Source: Macrostomum lignano
Taxonomy: Eukaryota
Assembly: GCA_002269645.1 (NCBI GenBank)
Contig: NIVC01001107.1
Coordinates: 1 to 37,104 of the forward strand
Reading direction: 5' to 3'
Length of the DNA stretch: 37,104 nucleotides
Shown here: positions 23,638 through 34,583 of the stretch, piece after piece
How the letters are laid out: every line of letters starts with the position of its first letter
Position numbering within the stretch: position 1 is the first letter of the stretch
Notes under the pieces: model-generated
Told to the model about the DNA's origin: nothing
The model's input: the letters and a program-made list of their open reading frames with translations, nothing else
Database searches by the model: none
Program-made: the position numbers and the translations under genes

Positions 23638-23866
23638 CATTTCATACTTTAGTACCGCAGTTGTATAATTATATTTGTAATTATTCATTCATACTTTAGT
23701 ACCGCAGTTGTATAATTATATTTGTAATTATTCATTCATACTTTAGTACCGCAGTTGTATAATTACATTTGTAATTATTCATTCATACTTTAGTACCGCA
23801 GTTGTATAATTACATTTGTAATTATTCATTCATACTTTAGTACCGCAGTTGTATAATTATATTTGT
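23638..23866. repeat. 47-bp tandem repeat, ~4.8 copies, ~105 bp upstream of the RepHel ATG
   Basis: catactttagt at 23643, 23690 etc. Confidence 0.92.
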
Positions 23867-23971
23867 AAAAAGTAGCAACTACTATTACAACTAGATTAAA
23901 CTTTTATTCCGTATTCTTTTTACCGTATTTCGTATATTTCTATCCGTACTTACTAAGTATCAATAATAGCT

Positions 23972-26900
23972 ATGGGTCGCCGTGGAGCAAGTCATTTAAA
24001 GAAAAGCCGTGAGGCAAAAAAAAGGCGACGTGAAGAATCTAGCGCTGAGCGCGAAGCCCGTTTGGAAACACGACGGCAGCGGGACTCAGAGCGCCGAGCC
24101 CGTGAGACTGACGCCCAGAGAGCTGCTCGGCTCGAGGAGCTGCGGCAGCGGGACGCAGAGCGCCGGGCTTGCAAGACTGACGCTGAGAGAACTGCTCGGC
24201 TTGAGGAGCTGCGGCAGCGGGACGCAGAGCGCCGGGCTTGCGAGACTGACGCTGAGAGAGCTGCTCGGCTCGAGGAGCTGCGGCAGAGGATTGCTGCCAA
24301 CCGAGCCTGCGAGACTGACACCGAGAGAGCTGCCCGCCTGGAAGACATGCGGCAGCGAGAAGCTGACCGCCGTGCTTCCGAAACAGGATACGAGCGTTTG
24401 GATCGTCTCGAGGCTGAGCTATTACGTCGCCGGAGCATTTGGGCTTCGAGGTAAGTCTGCTGATCTATACCTATAACGGTTACTCTTCTGCTTTTGTTGA
24501 TTTAAACTGCACCGTTTTTCTCTGGTCTCTTTTTTTCTTTTTGTATAGCTGATGATTGCATCGTTCTGTATTACCTTGAATTTTTGCATTTTGCATTTAG
24601 TTTAAGCAGATTTCATTAAGAATACTTAAGTAAGACCTGCAAAATATAATTTACCTTTATCACTTCAGCCCCTTACATATCTTCAGTCACAATTTTTTAT
24701 TTGACTGACCATTTTCCCTCTCAATTTTAGACAGGAAAATAGTGAACCAGCAGCAGCGGCTCAGGTATCTTTTAATCAATTGAGCATAGTTCCCATGATG
24801 GAAATTGTTTTTTTCACGCTGTTTGTGATCAGTTGCGAGGCACCGCACTTGAAACCGATGCTGCTTCATTGAGGCACAATTTGTCAAGCCGCGCGGCAGA
24901 GCTGGTGCCACAGTTGATTGCCGAAGGCTTTGTTTTCCTAGAGAATGCGGATGCCATAATCGAAGCTTCATTTACAGAGGGAACTTATGTGCCTGATGAA
25001 ATCGTGCCCCTTTTAAGTCGCTGCTTTCCGGTTGACCTGGTTATTTACCAGCGCAATGGAAGTGTGCTGCAGCACTTTATGTCCTTCGCGCAGCCTCCTC
25101 TGGCTGTTGTGCGCCTGGTTCTGAGCAATGAGCACTATGAATCTCTGAGACTCCGAGATCCTTTGCAGGGAATAGAGCCTATGGAGGACCGGGAGTTCCC
25201 CGTTCCTGCTGCAAGTAGAGCACCTGCTGCAAGGACCAGAGTCAACTGGCGCAAGAGACCTACTGGCTCAGCTGCTGCTACTTCTGCTCCTGGCACTCGT
25301 GCGGAGACTCAAGCTGGAAACGAAGCAGAAGCTCAGCAGAGGTAATTTCTGATGGGCGGCGATTATGCTATACAAGTTTTTACTCTTTATAGTAATCCCA
25401 CTAAAGGACAGGGATCAGAAAAGTGAGCCACAAACGATACTTAAGCAGGCATGCTTATTGAGGTTTTTATAACAGTTTTTACATAGAAAATAATTGTTCC
25501 GTTCATTCTCACATTATCAGGTGCTTAAACCTCCCTGTGGCTAACTTGATTTTTTTACTCAATTTCGTCCGCTATTTTTAACTTTAACTTACTCTAAAGA
25601 GACACTTTCAGTGACTGGAAAAATAATGTTAATAAAATTAACTGACACTCTGCCGAAAATTTATTGCAGGAACTCCGACCAGCCAAGACCAGAAGTGCCG
25701 ACCCATCAGTGTGGCCGCATGAATTCTGTGTGCAAGTTCTGCGGCGCATTGCGCTGGGACAAGGAAGCCGAGTTTTGCTGCGCCAAGGGCAAAGTGAAAT
25801 TGCCTGTCCGGACTGTTCCGCCAGTGTTGGCTGACCTATACGAGCGTACACCGGAAGGCATGAGAAGAGCAAGGAGTTCCTGGCCAACATCAGGAGCTAT
25901 AACTCGGTTCTGCACCTGACGTCATTCGGTGCTGATCTGCGACCCACGCCTGGTGGTTGGAACCCGAGCTTTGTGATCAGCGGAAAGTTGTACCACAACA
26001 CTGCGCCGCTGCTAGCTGATGCTCCGAATGCGCCTAGGGGCTGGCAGGTGTACTTTATGGACCGCGAGCTCGAAAGCCGCCTCAGCCTCAGCCAAAGAGT
26101 GAAGCCTGAGCTGCTGCAGTTGCTGCAAGGATTGCTTCACGAGTGCAATTCCTATGTGCGGAGTCTGCGAGCTGCAGCGCAGCGAATCAGCGAAGATCCT
26201 CAGCTGTGCGATGCGCGGATTGTGATTCACCCAGATCGACGCCCGGCTGGTGAACACATTCGGTAAGCTGCATTTTTCAAACATGGATATTTTAGTAGAA
26301 TCTTCTAATATAGTATAATAAATTTGATTGAAACCCCGTCTGTCCACAATAAGGCGGTACAATCTGCCCACGGCAAACGAGGTCGGAATCCTAATTGTCG
26401 GGGATGCTGAGGAAGCACCGAACAGTCGTGAAGTCGTCATCCAACTGCGAGGAGGTGACACCAAGCGCATTTCTGAGACACACAGATCATACGATCCGCT
26501 AGAGTACGTCCTTCTGTTTCCGAACGGAGAGAGCGGCTGGTATCCCGAGCTTCGCATGACCAATGGCCGCAAACTGACGCCCATGAAGTATTACGCCAGC
26601 GAGATCATGGTGCGAGCCGACCAGTTCAACGTGCTGCACCACGGCCGGCGGCTGTTTCAGCAGTACCTGGTGGATCAGGCGGCCAAGATCGAGTCGGAGA
26701 GGCTTCTCTATTTGCGTACTCATCAGGAAGACCTTCGCAGCGAGACCTACAGTGGGTTGCGTGATGCCCTGTTTGCAGCTGATGGACTGCACACTGGAAA
26801 GGAGCCGAAGGAAATTGGAAAGCAGGCGCCCGTGTTTCTCTCCTCAAGCTTCGTGGGCGGACCGCGATATCTGATGGAGCGGCTCCAGGACGCCATGACT

Positions 26901-29900
26901 TACGTTCAGAAATTCGGCAAGCCGGATCTGTTCGTGACGGCGACTTGCAATCCGAAGTGGCCAGAGATCACCGCTGAACTGCTGCCAGGACAGCGGCCAG
27001 AGGATCGTCCTGACATCGTTACTCGTGTCTTCGAGCTTAAGAAGAAGGCCCTCGTGTCGGAGCTCAGACATCGCTTTGGAGTGGAAGCCGCGCACGTTTG
27101 TTCTCTGGAATACCAGAAGCGCGGTGAGTTCAGTTGATCAGAAATAACTTATTCATTACACTTTGCTTTCTGCTGAGTTCAAGCCTCACTGATGTTTCTA
27201 CCTTGCTCTAGCATGCTCCCTTCCAGTAAATACTTTTCTGGTTTGATTTTCATTTCACTGAAGGACTTCCACATGTGCACTTTCTACTGTGGCTGGCCAG
27301 CGGACACCGAGTAACTCCAGATCGGTACGACGCGCTTGTGTCTGCGGAGATCCCAGACCCACAGCTTGAGCCGGTGCTGCATGAGCTGGTCAAGACGCAC
27401 CTCATCCACGGACCATGTGGGGCGGATAACCCAGCCTGTCCCTGCATGGAGAAGGGGAAGTGTACCAAAGGCTTCCCGAAGGACTTCCAGTCGGTGACGA
27501 TGTCTAGCGAAACCGGTTACCCGTTTTATCGGAGACTGTCACCAGAAATGGGCGGCTTCACCATCGACAAATTATGCAAGGGCCGAACCATTCGTATGGA
27601 CAACAGGTGAGTAAAAAAGGGATTTCCACATGAGTGAGCTGCCCGCCCATCTTAGCATTCTTTTATTAGCTAAGTTTTTACAATTCTGGTTCAGAAAATT
27701 CTAGCATTGCTTCTTTCTGCTTTGCTGAAAAATTTACCATCTTGAATTTAAAGCATTCATTTAAAATTATTAACAAGCAACGAACCCGGAATTCCCTTCA
27801 AAACGCAAGGTGGGTCGTGCCATATAATCGAGAGCTGTTGCTCATGTTCAACTGCCACCTGAACGTTGAAGTTTGCGCGACGGTTCGAGCCGTGAAATAC
27901 ATCATTAAATATTTACTCAAGAATGGCGACATGGCAACCTTCAAAGTTGACGCTGCTAAGAATTCAGCGAAACCCCAGGCGCCTGCAGCTGCAGCTGAAA
28001 GTCAGCGCACTGCCAATGAGAAGGTTGCCAAAGAGCCACGAGACGAAATCGATGAGTACCTGTCTGGTCGCTACATCGGGCCCATGGAGGCTGTGAATAC
28101 CATTTTGGGCTTTGAAGTTATTATCTTTTTGACTTTGTGACTTACAAACGTTCATTATAGTTATGCAGTGACAAAACTTAAGCTGTGTTTCCCGAGTGTT
28201 AACTTATTTACTTCCCAAAGCTCTTTCGCCATTTTCCACCATCTCCCAGGTGCACAACCGCTTCCCACCGGTCATTCGCCTCTGCGTACACAAGCCGGGA
28301 GAGCAGCTTGTCTACTTCAACGAGCAGACCGCAGCAGCCCAAGCGAAAGCGCCTCGAGATTCGACTCTGACAGCATTCTTTAAGTTGTGCCTCAGTGACG
28401 CTTTTGCTCGGCGCCTGCTCTACACGGAGGTGCCGTCCTATTTCGTCTGGCACCAAAGTGAGCGCGCGTGGCGCCGAGGCAAGATGGGCGACGAAGTCGA
28501 AGGTCACCCTGGTGTGAAGCGCAGCAAGAACATCTCTCGGATGTACACGGTGAGCCCGAGGGCAGGGGACTTGTTTTACATGCGCCTGCTCCTCCTGCAT
28601 GTCCGAGGGCCCACCAGCTTCGAGTCGCTGCACACGGTGGATGGAGTGCTGCACACGGATGCCAAATCTGCCTGCATGGCACTCGGTCTGCTGCATCGTG
28701 ACGACCATTGGCAACGATGTCTGGCTGAGGCTGTCCAATCTCGCATGCCAAGAGCCCTCAGGCACCTACTCGCTGTCATTCTGATCTGGGGAGAGCCGGA
28801 TAGCGGACTGGACCTGTGGAACGCATTCGCAGAGGACCTTGGCGAAGATCTACGCTACCACAACCCACATCTAAGTACAGAAGAGGTCACCGACATGACG
28901 TTGCGCGAGCTGCAAAGCCTGCTGACCTCTATGGGCGGTCGCAGCTTGCGAGAGTACGGGCTGCCAGCCGCCTCTGCCATGCCTTTAGTAGGGCCTATGC
29001 AGTTCAACACGGACGAGCAGGCTGAGATAGCGAGGACGCGCCTGCCAACGCTGACCGACGAACAGAGGGCCGTGAACGAGGCAGTGACTGCCGATCTGAC
29101 TGCCGGCTCTGGCGGACTGCATTTTCTGGACGCTCCAGCTGGCTCAGGGAAGACCTATTTGCTAGAGGTTTTGCTGGCGTTTGTAAGAAGCCGCGGAGAA
29201 GTCGCCCTGGCCGTAGCGTCATCTGGCATTGCAGCCACTTTACTACCAGGTGGACAGACGGCGCATTCCACGTGAGTTTTAAACTTCATGGTTTTTAATT
29301 TTGCTACATTTAACTTTCTGCATGTATTGGTGCATAGTACATGTAATCTATCTATATAACGGCATGATTCGAGGTTTTGATTTTTCTTTAAAATTAATTC
29401 AAAGAAAGAAATATAAAAATTGTATGTAATTTTTTTCAGCTTCACAATCTGCCGAAACAATCTCAGAAAATTGATTGCTTACATTCAAGAAAAAATTCTG
29501 ATGGCCTGTGCACAATTTCATTCTCTCCAGTTTCAAGATCCCAGTTCGACTCGTTCGCTCGGAGAAGGACGTCTGCTCGATTAGCTCGCAGTCAAAGCAA
29601 GCAGCGGTGTTGCGGACGGTTCGGCTCATCGTCTGGGATGAGATTTCAATGGCCAACCGGAAGGACCTGGAGACTGTCGAACGAAGTCTGCGAGACGTAC
29701 GAAGGCAAGATCGCCCTTTCGGTGGAGCTGTGATTGTGTGCTCCGGAGACTTTCGACAACTGCTGCCTGTCGTGAAAAGCGGAACGCGAGCCAACACGTG
29801 TTTGCGTGCGTCAGCCGATCCAAGTTTTGGCCATTGTTTCAGCGGCACCGCCTGAGGACCAACATTCGGCTGCTGAGGAGTTCCGATGCGGCACTGTATG

Positions 29901-30890
29901 AGCGCTACTCGAGACTTCTGATTCAGGTGGGATGTACACTGTACTTTTTATACCGTACTTTTGATTGCTGTAGGTTGTTTATTTTCTACCTGGCTTTTCT
30001 GATAATAGATTACGTAACCAGTGATTTTTGATATCTAAAACCAACTGTTATTTATGATTATACTTATCAAGTCTTTATGTTGGAAACGTAATTTTGCTTT
30101 CTCTTTTATCCGTTTTTCGTTCACAGATCGGTTCTGGTTTGGTCCCAGAAGATTCGGACGGAAACATTTCGCTGCCTGCCAAGATCTTGTTGCCAGCAGA
30201 GGCCAGCCTGACGGACCTTATCAAATTCGTTTATCCGTCATTTGAGGCCTCGGCGGAGAGAGAGGTCTACTTGCAAATAGAGCCATCCTGGCACCCTACA
30301 ATGACTCCGTCAATGCCATCAATGAGCACTGCCTGGCCATGTTCCCTGGGACACAGCGCGAGTACCGATCAGTGGACAGCGTTGCAGACGAGGATTCGGC
30401 AACTCACTTCCCGCCCGAGTTGCTGAACCAGCTCGATGCGCCAAATTTTCCAACGCACCTGCTGAGACTCAAAGTTGGCATGCCAATTGTGCTCCTGCGC
30501 AACCTCAACCCACCGCGGCTTTGCAACGGCACCCGACTCATTATCCTAGCGCTGGGCGAGAACGTGCTGCGCTGCAAAGTGGCTGCCGGCCAGTTCACCG
30601 GCGATGAGATCCTGCTGCCGCGGATCCCTCTGGTGCCGAACAACGCGGACCTGCCCGTAGCATTCAAACGGCTGCAGTTTCCGGTGAAGCCAAGCTTTTG
30701 CCTGACTATCCACAAGTCCCAGGGGCAGAGCTTGGAGACTGTCGGCATTGACCTGACTGTGGGATGCTTTGCTCACGGACAGCTCTACACTGCTCTGTCT
30801 CGAGCCAAGAATGCAGCGAATATCCGGGTCAGGATGCCGGGAACCACGACAAAGAACGTCGTTTATCCAGAGATTCTCACACGAGATTAG
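23972..30890 (+). CDS. Helitron RepHel (OTU protease + Zn finger + HUH Rep + Pif1-family SF1B helicase), 9 exons, ~1762 aa: 23972-24450, 24731-25341, 25670-26262, 26354-27123, 27264-27606, 27810-28116, 28250-29271, 29531-29926, 30127-30890
   Basis: Rep/N motifs: CKFCGALRW..E..CC..GKV, RRYNLPT, GKPDLFVTATCNPKWPEI, EYQKRGLPHVH, WVVPYN, KYIIKY. Helicase motifs: APAGSGKT, IVWDEISM, GDFRQLLPV, LKVGMPIVLLRNLN, RLQFPV...TIHKSQGQSL, HGQLYTALSR. All 8 introns are GT-AG with consistent phases. Four -1 frameshifts (~24793, ~25860, ~29791, ~30271); correcting them gives 5289 nt = 1763 codons. Confidence 0.93.
24070..24420 (+). repeat. Coding 69-bp (23-aa) repeat ETDAERAARLEELRQRDAERRAC, ~5 copies, in RepHel exon 1
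   Basis: Period 69 (24104 to 24173); charged helical repeat of the kind seen at animal RepHel N-termini. Confidence 0.85.
24785..25150 (+). other. OTU-type cysteine protease (deubiquitinase-like) domain of RepHel
   Basis: VP(H)DGNCFFHAVCDQL (catalytic D-x-x-C) and VVRLVLSNEHYESL (catalytic His). Confidence 0.8.
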
Positions 30891-32059
30891 CGCTGATTAT
30901 GCATGACTTATAAGTATGTCTTTTTTAGTTCTATTAAATTAAAGTCTTATAGTGAAATGAAAAACTCAAAGTTTAGACAATAAATTAAGCATAGAGGATT
31001 TACACGCCTAAAGCAAAAGAATGTAGCCATCACGTGCTAGCACAAAGCAAGGACCACTAGTAGATAAGTAGATTCTACTTAAGTAGTCCGTGGCACAAAG
31101 CTGACAGAAGGCCAGAAAAAAGTCAATTTCAATTTGTGAACTGGTTTTGAACAACGGTTTCTGTTCTGTCGATTTCACAACCTTAAATTTCACAACCTCA
31201 AAATCAGTTTTTCATTTCACTGTTACGATATGTATCATGATTTACTTACAGCCTTTGATATGTATGCTTGCTACTATTATACTCTTACCGTAAATCTGTA
31301 TAGTATGCAGGGAATTTGTAAGCTATTCCATATTCATAAAGTATAAACTTATTTTTAAATAGCTTATATTTAAGGCAATACCTTTATTAAATCCCCAAGA
31401 TGCTTAATACCAGTACAACCGCAGTTATTGAGCAGTTATTAATTTCAATTAGTTTCAATAATGCTGGTGCCCACCATCACAGCTTTTCACCTCCCATCGC
31501 AGTAAATGTGCACCAGCAATATATGAAGAAAAATCCTACTATAATGCTATATTCCGCGAAAAAAATCTGGCAATTCTTTCATCAATATCTGATTCTGTAG
31601 AATACTAACTAGCTTATTCATACTTATTTTTACTCTGGAGACTGTATTTTACCTGCTACTATGAGTACTTTATACGCATTTAGTTTATGTATTGATGTAC
31701 AAGTATTCTACGAGACTCCAGCTCGTGGCGGGACTTTCCACTATGGCTAAATTTATAATATAGTAAAGTGCACGTTACATTCGCACTGAAGCCATGAAAA
31801 GAGTTAAACTGAAGTGGAAAGTCCTGAATGATGTCTTCCGTCTTTCTCATTTCAATAGCACCACTTATTTTAAGAGTGCAGTATCGATTCAATGTAACTG
31901 TCCTGTTTATCAAGACAAAGTGGAAAGCCTTTGGGCTGAGTAGGAGAGTCTTTAAATAAGTTGGAAATTATTGACTCACAGAGTTTCTGAACTAAGATAC
32001 TTTACTTTATACTGACTGATCTATTGCTTAACTACACATTGCTAACAGAGAGTTGCGTT

Positions 32060-32520
32060 GATGGGGGAATACTATTGATATGGGAATGCTGTTCATGGGG
32101 CAATGCTGCTGGTGGGGGAATGCTTTGGATTCTTTGGATTGGGATTATTTGGACGGGGGTTTGGACGGGGGTCAATTATTTTTTGATGGGGGATTATTTG
32201 GATGGGGATTATTTTTGGAGGAGGGATTCTCTTTGGATATGGATGGAATGAGGGATTGGGGGATTTTTTGGATAGGGATGAATGGGGGATTCTTCGGATA
32301 GGGATGGATTGGGGGATTCTTTGGATGGGGATTCTCTGGATGAGGAATTTTTTGGATTGAGATTCTTTGAAATGAAGCTTCTGTGTATGCGGGATTCCTG
32401 GTATATGGGATTCATTGGATGGGGAATTCTCCGGATCGGGATTCTATCGATGAGGGTTCTTTGGATGGGGGATTCTTTGCATGTGAGATTCTTTGCATCG
32501 GGGATTTTATGGATGGGGAA
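32060..32520. repeat. Degenerate ~16-bp G-rich repeat (gggggattctttggat)
   Basis: Direct reading; related to the 18-bp family. Confidence 0.8.
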
Positions 32521-32545
32521 AACTGTGGTTGGAGTTTGGACGGAA

Positions 32546-32573
32546 AGCCCCAACGGGGGTTGGAATTGGCTAG
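32546..32573 (+). terminator. Helitron 3' terminus of unit B (hairpin + CTAG)
   Basis: ag-cccc-aacg-gggg-tt stem-loop, 8 nt spacer, CTAG. Confidence 0.8.
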
Positions 32574-32989
32574 TCCATATACTAAAAATGGTCTGTCGGA
32601 ATCTATCTATCTATTTAGGTATGCGATCGATTTTAGCAAAAGCGGCTGAACTTATTTTCTTAAAACTTGCACTGTTCGATCAGAAATTTTTCTGTGACGG
32701 TACATGCAACGTGGCTAAGAAATTGCTCGATGCTAAAGGGATTAAATATTCGAAAAAAATACTTTTTTGCAAAGTTCAAGCAGCTCTTTCAACTTAAAAT
32801 GCATTGTAAGAATGCTAGAGAAAAAACTGACTGGTTGAATTCTGATTCTGAAATAGATTGCATCACAATAGGCATCGTCTGTGAATACTGGCTGAATTTT
32901 GACACTGAATTGAATTGCGTCACAGTATTTATAAAAACGCAGTGTGGAAGAATAGCACCATACTTGATTTATATTAACCGAAAATAAAA

Positions 32990-33500
32990 GGAATATTGCA
33001 CTTGATAAACCTAGGATTATTGCACGTTATAAGCCAAAGATTATTGCATTTGATACACCAAGGATTATTGAACTTGATAAGCCAAAGATTACACTGCGAT
33101 TGATTAAACCAAGGATTATTGTACTTGATAAGCCAATGATTATTGCACTTGATAAACCAGGGATTATTGCACTTGATAAAGAAAGGATTATTGCACTTGA
33201 TAAGCCAAGGACTATTGCACTTGATAAGCCAATTAGGACTATTGCACTTGATAAGCCAAGGATTATCGCACTTTGATAATAAGGAAAATTGCACTTGATA
33301 AGCCAATGATTATTGCACTTGATATGCCAAGGATTATTGCACTAGATTAGAAAGGGCTATTGCACTAGCTGAGACATCGATTTTTGGACTTGATGAGTAA
33401 AAGATTATTGCACTAGCTGAGAAGCTGATTATTGCGCTGTCTAAAAAAGAGATTATTGCGCTCGCTGAGACGTGGATTGTTGCACAACGTGAGAAAGCGA
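32990..33500. repeat. 24-bp minisatellite (ggattattgcacttgataagccaa), decaying toward its 3' end
   Basis: Direct reading. Confidence 0.9.
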
Positions 33501-33544
33501 TTATTGCATTAGCGGAGGTAACATTTGCACTAGCTACTTGCTGT

Positions 33545-34335
33545 CTCGTGGATGCTTGCTATCTGGAGGATGCTTGCTCTCGAGGGGGGATACTTGCTAT
33601 TTGGGAGGGGGTGGAGGGTACTGCATGGCTACATGTATGGGATTCTTTCTATCCAGGGATGCAATTGCTATTTAGGGATTTTTAATTGCTATCTGCAGGA
33701 TGCTTGCTATCTGGGTGGATGCTTCTATAATATCTGGAGGTGCTTGCTATCGGCAGGATGCTTCTATAATATCTGGAGGGTGCTTGCTATCTGCAGGATG
33801 CTTCTATAATATCTGGGGGGGGGGGTGCTTGCTATCTGCAGGATGCTTCTATAATATCTGGGGGGGGGTGCTTTCTATCTGAGTGTGGATGCTTCTTTCT
33901 GGGGGATGCTTGCTATCTGCAGGATGCTTGCGATCTGGGTGGATGCTTCTATATTATCTGGTGGGTGCTTGCTATCTGGGTGGATGCTTCTATCTGGGGG
34001 ATGCTTGCTATCTGCAGGATGCTTGCTATCTGGGTGGATACTTCTACAATATTTGGGGGATGCTAATTGCTATCTGCAGGATGCTTGCTATCTGGGTGCA
34101 GATGCTTGCTATCTGGGGATGCTTGCTGTCTGCAGATGCTTGCTATCTGGGGTGATCTGCTTGCCATCTAGGGTGATGCTTGCTATCTAGGGTGATGCTT
34201 GCTATCTGGGGGATGCTTGCTATCTGCAGATGCTTGCTATCTGGGGTGATGCTTGCTATGAGCATTAGGGGATGCTTGCTATCTGCGCTAGTTGCTTACT
34301 TTTGGGGGGGTGCTTGCTATCTGGGGGATGCTTAA
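33545..34335. repeat. 18-19-bp G-rich minisatellite (gggggatgcttgctatct family)
   Basis: Direct reading. Confidence 0.93.
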
Positions 34336-34551
34336 TTGCTGTCTTGGGAATATTTTCCATTTAGAGGGAGCTATATTTTGTTGTCTGTTTGTTAATTTTA
34401 GAGAAAAAGTGATTCATAACAAACACCTTTGTCCATGACAATTTTACGAATCAGGTGATTTTTAAAAGTGAAGAAGGAATTGGTTCTTAAGAAAATTAAA
34501 TATGCTTTTTTAATTGTTTTCCATGAACAATTTTTGCTCCTTGCTTATTGG

Positions 34552-34583
34552 GCGCCCCGAAGGGGGCCGCACTAGATTGCTAG
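34552..34583 (+). terminator. Helitron 3' terminus of unit C and of the whole array (hairpin + CTAG|T)
   Basis: gcgcccc-gaa-gggggccgc, then actagattg-CTAG-T. Confidence 0.85.

Larger units (their letters stand above)
19867..32573 (+). mobile_element. Helitron unit B (12.7 kb, putatively autonomous, encodes RepHel)
   Basis: 5' module near-identical to unit A (20040-20438 vs 8760-9158); RepHel CDS; 3' hairpin agcccc-aac-gggggtt then CTAG at 32570-32573. Confidence 0.82.
7726..34583 (+). mobile_element. Composite head-to-tail Helitron array (~26.9 kb, four units)
   Basis: 5' ends TCC(a/t)ATATACTAA at 7726, 8595, 19867 and 32574. 3' ends CCCC-N3-GGGG hairpin + CTAG at 32548-32573 and 34555-34583, degenerate (CGAG) at 19840-19866. 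Removing the block rejoins the host TIR element. RepHel is encoded inside. Confidence 0.8.
32574..34583 (+). mobile_element. Helitron unit C (2.0 kb, non-autonomous)
   Basis: TCCATATACTAAAAATGG 5' end, shared module, 24-bp and 18-bp satellites, 3' hairpin gcgcccc-gaa-gggggccgc, then CTAG|T. Confidence 0.8.

Noticed and set aside
24765-24784. Intron at CAG|GTATCT in RepHel exon 2
   Set aside because: It would be only 20 nt; a single missing C restores the VPHDGNC OTU motif more simply.
26012-30776. Antisense and alternate-frame ORFs over RepHel (26012-26584, 28208-28765, 29399-29848, 30404-30748 etc.)
   Set aside because: Shadows of a GC-rich coding strand.
25670-30890. Host PIF1 gene or Helentron
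   Set aside because: Fused to a HUH Rep with the RGLPH (not RGSPH) motif, no AP endonuclease, and bounded by TC / hairpin-CTAG termini.
32690-32797. Glutaredoxin-like reading CDGTCNVAKKLLDAKGIKY in the shared module
   Set aside because: No CxxC, no start, a stop in the unit-0 copy of this frame, and nucleotide conservation includes synonymous sites. Treated as a DNA motif.
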